Part shown: piece after piece, positions 1 through 9,167 of the stretch
Position numbering within the stretch: the first letter of the stretch is position 1
How the letters are laid out: each line of letters opens with the position of its first letter
Source: a virus
Taxonomy: Duplodnaviria; Caudoviricetes
Virus record (IMG/VR): IMGVR_UViG_3300038530_000595
Coordinates: 1-27,531 of that record
Reading direction: 5' to 3' (one strand)
DNA length: 27,531 nucleotides
Made by a program: the position numbers and the translations under genes
The notes under the pieces: model-generated
What the model was told of the DNA's origin: nothing
Databases searched by the model: none
Seen by the model: only the letters and a program-made list of their open reading frames with translations

Positions 1-648
1 GATAAGAAGGCATGTAAACAAGCAAAGTATGGAATCGGTGGCCATGATACGTTGCCCGAGATTGGTGGACTAACGATATTAAAATCAGAGCCAAGATTAT
101 TCTTTCTTGACGTGGATGGTAAGAGACTCGAGCTATCTACAGAACAATTACAAATGCCTATACAGTTTCAACGTGCATGCATAGAACAAATAGATTTTAT
201 GCCTCCGTTGTTTAAACCAGGGGATTGGCAAGTTTTGGTAAATAACTTGTTATCCACTGCAACATCAATAGAAGCTTCTGAAGAGTTGACTCTAACGGGT
301 CAATTCAAAGAACTCGTAGAAACCTACTGCACTAGCCGTATTCGGGCAAAGTCTCCCGAGGAAATGACCATGGGTAAACCATGGACAGAAGATGACTTGA
401 CATATTTTACCATGAAAGGACTGCAGGAGTTTTTGAAACAAAGGGGATTTACTACCTTTAATAGACCACAGATCCAACAAAGATTGAAAGATTTAAATCA
501 TGATTCTAAATGTAATGGCATGAAAAAAATAAAAATGGATGATGGTAAGTGGAATAGCTTAAGGGTTTGGTGGGTTCCTAAATTTGAAACTACTGAAGTG
601 GATTTATATGTAAATAAGGAGACAGATGATGACGAAATCCCATTCTAA
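1..648 (+). CDS. C-terminal part of a probable phage primase / primase-polymerase (5' end outside the window)
   Basis: Frame 1 is open from base 1 (DKKACKQAKYGIGGHDTLPE...), so the TTG at 52 is unlikely to be the real start. The Cx4KYGIG motif and position upstream of helicase and PolA fit phage primase C-termini. Ends in acidic DDDEIPF. Confidence 0.55.
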   Translation, partial: DKKACKQAKYGIGGHDTLPEIGGLTILKSEPRLFFLDVDGKRLELSTEQLQMPIQFQRACIEQIDFMPPLFKPGDWQVLVNNLLSTATSIEASEELTLTGQFKELVETYCTSRIRAKSPEEMTMGKPWTEDDLTYFTMKGLQEFLKQRGFTTFNRPQIQQRLKDLNHDSKCNGMKKIKMDDGKWNSLRVWWVPKFETTEVDLYVNKETDDDEIPF

Positions 649-868
649 TGAAAAACAAATGGATAGGAGTACTACATTCCTAACGGGACCAGAGGTGTGT
701 TCTTGGCTTAAGATATCTAAGTCAACATTATATCTTTGGGTACAAAAGGGTATGTTCCCTAAACCCGTGATGCTTGGTCTACCCGAAAAGAACGGAACAT
801 CTAGATGGATAGAAAGTGAAGTTCAAGAGTGGTTAGAGAAAAGACCAAGAGAAAAGTCTAATGGATGA
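626..868 (+). CDS. AlpA/excisionase-like helix-turn-helix DNA-binding protein
   Basis: FLTGPEVCSWLKISKSTLYLWVQKGMFPKPV...SRWIESEVQEWL is the AlpA/HTH_17 pattern. AAGGAG RBS at about 616-621. Confidence 0.85.
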   Translation: MMTKSHSNEKQMDRSTTFLTGPEVCSWLKISKSTLYLWVQKGMFPKPVMLGLPEKNGTSRWIESEVQEWLEKRPREKSNG

Positions 869-2378
869 AGAACTGATATTCGGACCACCAGGATGTGGTA
901 AGACATATACTTTGATTGATATAGTTAAGGAAGAGTTAGGCAGAGGCACACCGCCAGATAAGATTGCATTTGTGTCCTTTTCTAAAAAATCTATAGAAGA
1001 GGCCAAAGATCGTATATCTGAACAAACTAAACTATCACTCAAAGATGTTCCGTGGTTCAAGACTCTACATTCAACTGGCTATCATTGGCTAGGTCTTAAT
1101 GACTCTAACATGTTGACTCGTGCAGACTTTACAAAGTTGGGCGAGGAACTTGGAGTTATATTTGATGGTAATACTGCAAGATCTAATAGTGATGGTGTGC
1201 TTCTGCAATCTTTCAATAAAGGTAATCAGTATCTAGAACTTATTGGTAGAGCAGCCATGAGAGAAGTGTCTTTGGATGATGAATATAATGACAATGGCGA
1301 TTATCAACTTAGCTATTCTTTTTTGAAAAAAGTGAACAAGGTATACAAAGAATACAAAAAAGAATATGACAAGCGAGACTTCACAGACATGATACAAGAC
1401 TTTGTGTATCAAGGAACTGCGCCATCGATTGATGTGTTGATAGTCGATGAGGCGCAAGATTTAACAAAGCTTCAATGGTCAATGATTGATGTACTTAAAC
1501 AATCAGCCAAACGTGTGTGGTACGCAGGAGATGATGATCAAGCTATACATGCATGGAATGGTGTTGATGTAAAAAATTTTATGAACTCATGTTCTAACAT
1601 AAGGATCTTGGATCAGAGCTACAGAGTTCCAATTTCCGTGCATAGTATTGCAGATAAAATTGTAAAAAGAATTGATGTAAGACAGAAAAAAGAATGGAAT
1701 CCAACAACACGTGAGGGATTGGTAGATTACCATATGAATTGGTATGATGTAGATATAGACGAAGGGTCATGGACTATCATGGCGAGAACTAACAAGATCG
1801 TTAGTAAGATAGAAACAAATCTACGTGATAATGGATATTTGTACGAGCGATTTGGTCAAGTGTCATTTGATAATCAGTACACACAGTTTATAAAGATGTG
1901 GGAAGATTTACGTGAAGATAAACCTATAGCCTTGGATATGATCAAGCAGTTCTATGGGTTTGTGCCAAAGCAAGGCAAGAATCAAGTGGTCAAAAGAGGA
2001 TCGGCTAAGACATTAGATTATTTAGATCCACAAAGCAGTTTAACATATAACGAACTTGTGGCTAATCATGGATTGGTTGCAGCTAAGTCTATGAGATCTG
2101 AAGATGTTGTAAACATGTCAGAAGATGATCAGACATATAGGGCAGCCATATTACGAAGGGGAGAGGATCTAGATAAGCCTCGTATTAAACTATCGACAAT
2201 ACATCAGATGAAAGGCGGAGAGGATGACAATGTAATATTATTATCTGAGTCATGCTATCCTGCAGTCAATGCACCTAATCAAGATGATGAACATCGTGTG
2301 TTTTATACGGGGGTTACTAGAGCAAAGCATAACTTACACATAGTAGATTCATTTGGAAAGTATAGGTACATGATATGA
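861..2378 (+). CDS. Superfamily 1 (UvrD/Rep-like) DNA helicase
   Basis: Walker A GPPGCGKT, Walker B IVDEAQD, GDDDQAI, QSYR, STIHQMKGGE and RVFYTGVTRA. Confidence 0.93.
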   Translation: MDEELIFGPPGCGKTYTLIDIVKEELGRGTPPDKIAFVSFSKKSIEEAKDRISEQTKLSLKDVPWFKTLHSTGYHWLGLNDSNMLTRADFTKLGEELGVIFDGNTARSNSDGVLLQSFNKGNQYLELIGRAAMREVSLDDEYNDNGDYQLSYSFLKKVNKVYKEYKKEYDKRDFTDMIQDFVYQGTAPSIDVLIVDEAQDLTKLQWSMIDVLKQSAKRVWYAGDDDQAIHAWNGVDVKNFMNSCSNIRILDQSYRVPISVHSIADKIVKRIDVRQKKEWNPTTREGLVDYHMNWYDVDIDEGSWTIMARTNKIVSKIETNLRDNGYLYERFGQVSFDNQYTQFIKMWEDLREDKPIALDMIKQFYGFVPKQGKNQVVKRGSAKTLDYLDPQSSLTYNELVANHGLVAAKSMRSEDVVNMSEDDQTYRAAILRRGEDLDKPRIKLSTIHQMKGGEDDNVILLSESCYPAVNAPNQDDEHRVFYTGVTRAKHNLHIVDSFGKYRYMI

Positions 2379-2641
2379 AAAGAGAGAACGTGTTAGCTAA
2401 GGCGGGGCAACTTATTACGGGCGATAGAGCAAGGGATTATGGGGATGCCTATGAAAATCATGAAAGAGTTGCTACTATGTGGTCAGCAATATTAGGTATT
2501 AAAGTTTCTGTAAGAATGGTGTATCTTTGTTTATTGGCATTGAAGATTTCACGTTTAGTGAAAACACCTGGTCATACAGATTCATGGGTCGATATCTGTG
2601 GATATGGTGCACTAGGAGCAGAAGAGAAAGATGATAAGTAG
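2375..2641 (+). CDS. DUF6378-like small phage protein
   Basis: GDRARDYGD...VATMWSAILG...LLALKISRL...DSWVDICGYGALG matches this family's pattern. ATGA overlap with the helicase stop. Confidence 0.75.
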   Translation: MKRENVLAKAGQLITGDRARDYGDAYENHERVATMWSAILGIKVSVRMVYLCLLALKISRLVKTPGHTDSWVDICGYGALGAEEKDDK

Positions 2642-3464
2642 TTATTTCAAACCACATCCTAATCCAACAATGAGGGTCATAAGCTTAGGCGCAGGTGTGC
2701 AATCTTCTGTAATGGCACTAATGGCAGAACGTGGAGAGATAACACCCAAGCCAGACTGTGCAGTGTTTGCTGATACACAAGCAGAACCCGATGAGGTTTA
2801 CACACATCTTGAGTGGCTATCTACACAACTATCTTACCCAATATACCAAACAACTGCGGGAGACTTACGTAAAAGTATAACAGAGGGCATTAACATCAGA
2901 GGCACAAACAGAGATTATTGTGTAGTGCCTTTTCATGTCAAAGATGGTTTTGGTCGTAGGCAATGCACAACACAGTTTAAGATTGAGCCAATACAGAAAA
3001 AGTTTAGAGAATTACTTGGTGTAAAGAAAAATCACAAAGTTAAACCAGGAGTTATACTTGAACAATGGATAGGTATAAGTCAAGACGAGCTACAACGTGT
3101 AAAAGAATCTAGAGACAAATGGTTATACAATCGATGGCCATTGTTAGAACTAGGCATGAAAAGATATGATTGTCAAAATTGGTTTGCTAAACATTACCCA
3201 GAAAAATATTTACCACGATCTGCTTGTACATTTTGTCCATACAAAAACAATAATGAATGGCGACACCTAAGAGACAACGATCCTAAAGGTTGGGAAGATG
3301 CGGTGGCCGTGGATAAAAAGATAAGAACTACTGGCACAGATAAAGGACGTGAGCAATTTGTGCACAGATCCTTAAAGCCATTAGATGAAGCTGACTTACA
3401 AACAATGGAAGAGAAAGGGCAACTATCATTCTTAGATGAGTGTGATGGTATGTGTGGTATGTAA
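2631..3464 (+). CDS. PAPS-reductase-like / adenine nucleotide alpha-hydrolase family protein, probably Fe-S binding
   Basis: Variant PP-loop ISLGAGVQS, FADTQAE, RQCTTQFKIEPI, WIGISQDE, RWPLLE, RSACTFCPY and C-terminal ECDGMC. Confidence 0.7.
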   Translation: MISSYFKPHPNPTMRVISLGAGVQSSVMALMAERGEITPKPDCAVFADTQAEPDEVYTHLEWLSTQLSYPIYQTTAGDLRKSITEGINIRGTNRDYCVVPFHVKDGFGRRQCTTQFKIEPIQKKFRELLGVKKNHKVKPGVILEQWIGISQDELQRVKESRDKWLYNRWPLLELGMKRYDCQNWFAKHYPEKYLPRSACTFCPYKNNNEWRHLRDNDPKGWEDAVAVDKKIRTTGTDKGREQFVHRSLKPLDEADLQTMEEKGQLSFLDECDGMCGM

Positions 3465-5353
3465 TGAAAGATAAAAACACAATAAGTTTTTTAGAACGTA
3501 TGGAGATGAATACGTTAGAAAAAGAATGGACAGTGCCTCAATCCTTTCCAGATCTTACTAATTCTAAATACATAGCCATTGACTTAGAAACATGTGATCC
3601 AAACTTAATGGAACTTGGCCCAGGATGGACACGTAACGATGGGTTTATCGTGGGAGTAGCTGTCGCAGCGGGGGATTTCGTGGGATATTATCCCTTTCGG
3701 CACCAAGGTGGTGGGAATATACCAGAAGAAAAAGTTTTTACTTGGCTTAGAAAACAGATGGATACACCACACATACCCAAGATTATGCACAATGCAATGT
3801 ATGATGCAGGATGGCTCAAGTGGGCAAATGTGGATGTAAAAGGTAAGATTATTGATACGATGATTGCTGCTCCACTTATTAATGAAAACAGATTTAGTTT
3901 TGCACTAAATGCTTTGGGTCGTGATTATCTTGGCGAGCGCAAGGATGAAAAGGTGTTGAAGTCGGCAGCTAAGGATTTTGGATTAGATCCAAAGAAAGAA
4001 TTATGGAAATTACCATCACAATTCGTAGGGACCTATGCAGAACAAGATGCAGCTTTGACTCTTAGATTATGGAATCACTTTGAGCCACTAATAAATAAAG
4101 AAGAGTTATCAAGTATATTTGAATTAGAAACAAGCCTTATACCTTGTGTGTTCGAGATGAGAAGTAAAGGTGTACGTGTAGATTTAGATAAGGCAGAGCA
4201 AACTAAAACTAAATTACTTACGATGAAGAAACAAATACTTAAAGAGATAAAAGATGATACCAACATAGACATAGAACCATGGGTGGCAACAAGTGTAGCT
4301 AAAGTATTTGACTATCACAATATTCATTACGATGAAACGGATAAAAGCAAACAAGCATCATTTACAAAAGCTTGGTTACAAAACTGTCCACATCCCATAG
4401 CAGCTAAGGTATTAAGACTTCGTGAATTAGATAAGGCGCACAATACATTTATAGATAGTATACTTAAACATAGTTATAAAGGTCGAATACATTGTGAATT
4501 GCATCAACTACGTAACGATGATGGTGGCACGGTGACGGGTAGATTTAGTTCTTCTAATCCTAATCTTCAACAAATACCATCAAGAGATCCAGAGATTAAG
4601 AAAATGATTCGAGGTCTATTTATACCCGAAGAAGGCGAGAAGTGGGGTAGCTTTGACTATAGTAGCCAAGAGCCAAGGTTATTGGTTCACTATTGTGGGG
4701 TCGTAAATAAAGGTAATCCCACTGTGGATAACATTATAGAACAGTATCAACAAGATGATGTTGATTTTCATCAGATGGTTGCAGATATGGCAAACATATC
4801 TAGAAAAGAGGCTAAGACAGTTAATCTTGGTATTATGTATGGTATGGGCAAACAAAAACTTGCCAACACTTTAGATATTAAACTAGAAGAGGCTAATGAG
4901 TTACTAGATACTTATCATCGTAGGGTTCCGTTTGTTAAACAACTTGCAGATCAAGTTATGTCACGTGCACAAAAAATGGGTAGGGTACGAACTGTATTGG
5001 GCAGATCATGTAGGTTTGATATGTGGGAGCCAAAGACATTTGGTTATAATCAACCCTTGAAGTTTGAAGAAGCTGAAAAGAAATATGGCCCAGGTATTAG
5101 ACGAGCATTTACGTACAAAGCATTGAATAGATTGATACAAGGCAGTGCGGCAGATCAAACAAAGAAAGCCATGGTTGACTGTTACAAAGAGGGTTTAGTG
5201 CCTTTGCTTACAGTGCATGACGAACTTTGCTTTAGTATAAGTTCACAAGAACAAGCAGATAAAATTACAGAGATCATGGAACAAGGTCTTGAATTAAATG
5301 TTCCAAGTAAAGTTGACCAGGAGTTAGGTGATGATTGGGGCGAGGTTGGTTAG
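3464..5353 (+). CDS. polA: Family A DNA polymerase with 3'-5' exonuclease domain (Leu762 type)
   Basis: Exonuclease motifs IDLET, HNAMYD and YAEQDA. Polymerase motifs TGRFSSSNPNLQQIP, DYSSQEPR (A), KTVNLGIMYG (B), IQGSAAD and VHDEL (C). Start moved to the ATG at 3464 (TAATG coupling). Confidence 0.96.
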   Translation: MKDKNTISFLERMEMNTLEKEWTVPQSFPDLTNSKYIAIDLETCDPNLMELGPGWTRNDGFIVGVAVAAGDFVGYYPFRHQGGGNIPEEKVFTWLRKQMDTPHIPKIMHNAMYDAGWLKWANVDVKGKIIDTMIAAPLINENRFSFALNALGRDYLGERKDEKVLKSAAKDFGLDPKKELWKLPSQFVGTYAEQDAALTLRLWNHFEPLINKEELSSIFELETSLIPCVFEMRSKGVRVDLDKAEQTKTKLLTMKKQILKEIKDDTNIDIEPWVATSVAKVFDYHNIHYDETDKSKQASFTKAWLQNCPHPIAAKVLRLRELDKAHNTFIDSILKHSYKGRIHCELHQLRNDDGGTVTGRFSSSNPNLQQIPSRDPEIKKMIRGLFIPEEGEKWGSFDYSSQEPRLLVHYCGVVNKGNPTVDNIIEQYQQDDVDFHQMVADMANISRKEAKTVNLGIMYGMGKQKLANTLDIKLEEANELLDTYHRRVPFVKQLADQVMSRAQKMGRVRTVLGRSCRFDMWEPKTFGYNQPLKFEEAEKKYGPGIRRAFTYKALNRLIQGSAADQTKKAMVDCYKEGLVPLLTVHDELCFSISSQEQADKITEIMEQGLELNVPSKVDQELGDDWGEVG

Positions 5354-5796
5354 GTAGATATGTTTTCCATACGATCAACTAATCTCTGTGCTCGTTTAGT
5401 TACTTGATCATACCATTTGGAATTTTTCATCTCAGATGCAGCGGCTTTCCAATCGCCTTTGTTCACATTCTCACGCATACGCACAAATTTAGATAAACGA
5501 GGCCGTCCAAGATTAAACATCATATTGGCTATAATTAATTGTGCTTCTTCTGGTAAAGTATAAAAATTATCATAAAGGACTGTACACTCGTCTAACGTCA
5601 CTTGTATATCCTTATCAAACAATTCATTAACACGTTCTTCTGATACTGGTGTGCCAACTGGTTTTCCATGTTCTTCATCCCATTCAGTGACAAGATGTCC
5701 TATACCAATCGTGGGTAGATTTAAATGATCAAGATATATGGCGTTAACACACCCCTCATCTCTTTTTAGTTCTTCTCTAAGTTGTTCTACGTTCAT
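5350..5796 (-). CDS. T4-type lysozyme / endolysin (GH24)
   Basis: EGCVNAIYLDHLNLPTIGIGH carries the E-x8-D-x5-T catalytic triad. Also NMMFNLG and SKWYDQV..RA.R. Confidence 0.92.
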   Translation of the reverse strand: MNVEQLREELKRDEGCVNAIYLDHLNLPTIGIGHLVTEWDEEHGKPVGTPVSEERVNELFDKDIQVTLDECTVLYDNFYTLPEEAQLIIANMMFNLGRPRLSKFVRMRENVNKGDWKAAASEMKNSKWYDQVTKRAQRLVDRMENIST

Positions 5797-8700
5797 TGAC
5801 TTCCTACTGTTGCTCTAGTTACGGGGTTTGGCACTAAGATTGGATTGACACCACCCGTTGATCCTACATTAACGGGTGGCTGAATATTAGGTATTTTTAT
5901 GTTACTAACATCTGTGATTGCTTGTTGCACTGGTTGTGATACTTCTGGTGGTACATTAAACACACCTTCGTCACTACGGACTGCTTCTTGGCCAAGTTGA
6001 GCTACAGTTGAATTAACAACTTGAAATGCTTGACCTAATTTATCTGCACCAGGTTTTCTACTTGCTAATATTAAATTTAATACTGCGGGTTTGCGCAACA
6101 CAGTAGACATTCCTAAATAAAATGCTGCAGCGGGTAAAGTTGCTAATGGATTAAGTAAAAAAGCACCTAAACCTAAACCTATAGCTATGTTTGGTGCAGA
6201 CAATCCGCCTCTTCCAGCTAAAGGTTGATTGGAAACTCTTATCATATTATTGGCTAATTTAAACAAACCTTCTGTAGTTTCTTTACCAAGCATAGCATCT
6301 AAGGTTTCTACACCATAATCATTCAATACAGTTTGAAATCTTTTACCAAGTCGACCAGATATAAAAGCGTCTTTAAAGGCAGGCGAGTCTACATCACCAA
6401 CACTTCTTAATATTTTTGATAAAGCAGCAGTTTTTACTTTATCTACTAGACCAGGATTAAACCCACCATATTCGGTTAATGGTATGTTGTTAACTTTTAA
6501 ATTACCATTAACAAATTGTTTAACTTTCAAAGCATTTTGTTTTTTAAATAATTGTCCAACAATTCCCTCAGCATCATTAGCTTGTAGACTACGTAAAAAA
6601 GAATCCTCTTTGAAAGCCGCTTGATCTTTGACTGCCTGTTGCAGACCACGTATAAGACCAGGCATGTCACTTGTGCCAAATTGTGCTAATACATTTTCAT
6701 CGAAACCCTCTGTGCCAGTTTGTCTTAACAACTTTGCTAGATTTTTTACATCTTTCGAATATCCCTTAAATAATTCATCAGCAGTTGTTCCAAGACCATC
6801 TATTTTTGCAGCTATTTTACTACCACTTAAAACATCTATTCCTTTAACTTTTGTGAGATTACTAGCATCATTGAGTTCTCTTTCAAACCAAGCTCTTGCT
6901 AAGGATTGTCTCATTGCATCACTTTGCTCTGTACCAACTCGTGTAGATAATTCTGTAGCTTTTCGTTTAGCTGCTTCAATCCTTTTTATTAAATTTGTTT
7001 TCTGTTTACCATCAGCAAATTGAGGAAGTAAATCTTCAGCTTGTTTAATACTTAAGGATCTACCGCCTATATTAATAGACTGTTTATCTAAAAATCTTTG
7101 TCCTGCATCGAAATCTTTAAACTGTGGTGATCCTCTAACTGCAAACAAAAATCTTCTTAAAACGCTAGGCTGATCAGATTTAACTAATTGATCTAAATAC
7201 CTTTTTGGATCTAGTCTTAGTGACCCTTTTTTACTCTCAGCATAAATTTTTTCAACCACAGCGTCATCAAATCTATTAATACCTTTAGCATAAAACTCTC
7301 TGGCTCGTCTTAAATCTGTTAATCCTTTATTTATATTGGCAAGATCTCCAACTGTTGTTCGTAGAGTCTGTGCTCCAAAGTCTCCTGGGAATCCTGGTCG
7401 TAGTGGTGGTAAGTCTTTACCAAACTCAAATCCACCTTTACGTAACATTTCACCTATACGTTGTCCTTCAGCATCACTTAATGATCTAAGTGCACCTTTT
7501 GTTACTCCTAGATCCACTGGATCAATGTTGTTAACAATTAAAGCATGTGTGTCTTCAGCTTCTTCAAAAGATTTTTCTACCGCTGCTTTTAAATTTTTAT
7601 AGGCACCACCCTTAGCTGCTAACGCAAGACGATCATCATATTGAAGATTATTGATAATTTTACGTAGAGTTTGTGCCTCTTGTATTGAAATTCTTGTAAA
7701 TGGTAAAACAGCTTCTTTAGAAAGAAACCCTGGAGCACCTTGTGGGACACCTAAATTACCTCTGGCTTGTGCTCTTGATATGGCATTGTCTAGTATGCCT
7801 GATAATTGTGTGTCTTGTAAAACTTCTCTTTTAGGTAAAGTTGTAAGAATTTGATCATAGGCTTTCTTAATTTGTTCTATTGGAATAACTTTACTGTTAA
7901 CTCCAAAGTTTTCTGATGCAGATTTAAATAATGCATCTGATGTTTCGTCAAAGGATGCTTTAGATACAACTAGATTAGATAAAGCCTCTTGACTTATTTG
8001 TTCTCCTCTTTTCAAAGGTTCTATTATAGCTTTAATACTATTTTCTATTTCTGTATTTAATCTACGAGTGGCATTAACAACTTTATTATCTACACTATCA
8101 TAAATTTCACTTATATCTCTTTTAATAGACGTTTCTAATGTTTCTAATGTTGCATCATCTATTTGATCAAACTTTGTTAATTCTTTAATTACTTTTTCTA
8201 AATTTATATTAGCGGCTTTTGTGTTTGGAAATACACCTTCATAAATGGCTTGCAATCTTCCCATGATGGGTCTTAAATTTGGAGCAGCACCTTCTAATGT
8301 TGGACGAAATCCCTCATTTATAAGTTGTCTGCCTTCTGCTCTTACTAATTCTGCTTCTTTTCCACCAGGGCCTTTTATTAATCTACCAAATATTCTTGAC
8401 AAGCCTCTTCCAAGTCCCTCACCAAAAATACCAAAAGCTCCTTCCATAGCAGCATCTCTTAAAACTTCATTAGATGTTTGTTTCTGTAATCCTCTTGCTG
8501 CCTCAAAACTTTCATCTAGTAATTTACCAGCAAACATAGACGCACCAACAACTGCAGCAGCGGGAAGAAAACCAAATCCAGACATAGCAATACCTGCACC
8601 GATACCTGCACCTAATGGTATTCCACTTTCACCAATAAAATCAGCAACGTCAAAACGTGACACACCCTCTTCATCAATTGATATTGGAGGTCCATCGCCA

Positions 8701-9164
8701 AGACCAAGTTTTTGTCTACCCACTGGAGTAAGTATAAATCTGCCACCAGGATCAACTGTGAAACCATCCCGTCCTACTTTTCTTGTAAGATACTCTGCTT
8801 TTTCAGATGGTAATTCTAAATTACCTAAAGCAGTTCTAAAACTAAAATCTTTAACACCCGTATCATAGTCGACACCAGGAAGTTTAAGTGCGCCAGTTTC
8901 ACCCTCTTCAAAAGCTTGCATAGTGCTAGGATTAATTCCTGCAAGTTCGAGTTGTCTTCTATAATTTTCTATTTCTTCTGGAGAGGCAGTTGCTAAATCA
9001 ATGTTAGGTGATGCTGGTCTTGATGGCTGACTAGGATCAAACTGTGGTGCTTCATCAGCAAAAAAAGTATTTAAAATAAATTCTTGTTCTTCATCAGTTG
9101 GCTTGTCACCTTCTATCTGAACTCTTTTAATACCATCATCTGTTTGAACATTTATTATACCCAT
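5793..9164 (-). CDS. Large internal virion (ejection) protein, 1123 aa
   Basis: Size, helical-looking composition and Gly/Ala hydrophobic segments (GIPLGAGIGAGIAMSGFGFLPAAAVVG; IAIGLGLGAFLLNPL). Sits at the end of a podovirus-like morphogenesis operon. Confidence 0.6.
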   Translation of the reverse strand: MGIINVQTDDGIKRVQIEGDKPTDEEQEFILNTFFADEAPQFDPSQPSRPASPNIDLATASPEEIENYRRQLELAGINPSTMQAFEEGETGALKLPGVDYDTGVKDFSFRTALGNLELPSEKAEYLTRKVGRDGFTVDPGGRFILTPVGRQKLGLGDGPPISIDEEGVSRFDVADFIGESGIPLGAGIGAGIAMSGFGFLPAAAVVGASMFAGKLLDESFEAARGLQKQTSNEVLRDAAMEGAFGIFGEGLGRGLSRIFGRLIKGPGGKEAELVRAEGRQLINEGFRPTLEGAAPNLRPIMGRLQAIYEGVFPNTKAANINLEKVIKELTKFDQIDDATLETLETSIKRDISEIYDSVDNKVVNATRRLNTEIENSIKAIIEPLKRGEQISQEALSNLVVSKASFDETSDALFKSASENFGVNSKVIPIEQIKKAYDQILTTLPKREVLQDTQLSGILDNAISRAQARGNLGVPQGAPGFLSKEAVLPFTRISIQEAQTLRKIINNLQYDDRLALAAKGGAYKNLKAAVEKSFEEAEDTHALIVNNIDPVDLGVTKGALRSLSDAEGQRIGEMLRKGGFEFGKDLPPLRPGFPGDFGAQTLRTTVGDLANINKGLTDLRRAREFYAKGINRFDDAVVEKIYAESKKGSLRLDPKRYLDQLVKSDQPSVLRRFLFAVRGSPQFKDFDAGQRFLDKQSINIGGRSLSIKQAEDLLPQFADGKQKTNLIKRIEAAKRKATELSTRVGTEQSDAMRQSLARAWFERELNDASNLTKVKGIDVLSGSKIAAKIDGLGTTADELFKGYSKDVKNLAKLLRQTGTEGFDENVLAQFGTSDMPGLIRGLQQAVKDQAAFKEDSFLRSLQANDAEGIVGQLFKKQNALKVKQFVNGNLKVNNIPLTEYGGFNPGLVDKVKTAALSKILRSVGDVDSPAFKDAFISGRLGKRFQTVLNDYGVETLDAMLGKETTEGLFKLANNMIRVSNQPLAGRGGLSAPNIAIGLGLGAFLLNPLATLPAAAFYLGMSTVLRKPAVLNLILASRKPGADKLGQAFQVVNSTVAQLGQEAVRSDEGVFNVPPEVSQPVQQAITDVSNIKIPNIQPPVNVGSTGGVNPILVPNPVTRATVGSQ

Positions 9165-9167
9165 TAG

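Noticed and set aside
3452-3463. ORF-track start of PolA (MWYV)
   Set aside because: The ATG at 3464 forms a TAATG coupling with the upstream stop and is the more likely start.
292-4272. Short - strand ORFs within the replication genes
   Set aside because: They are nested opposite well-supported genes and carry no motifs.
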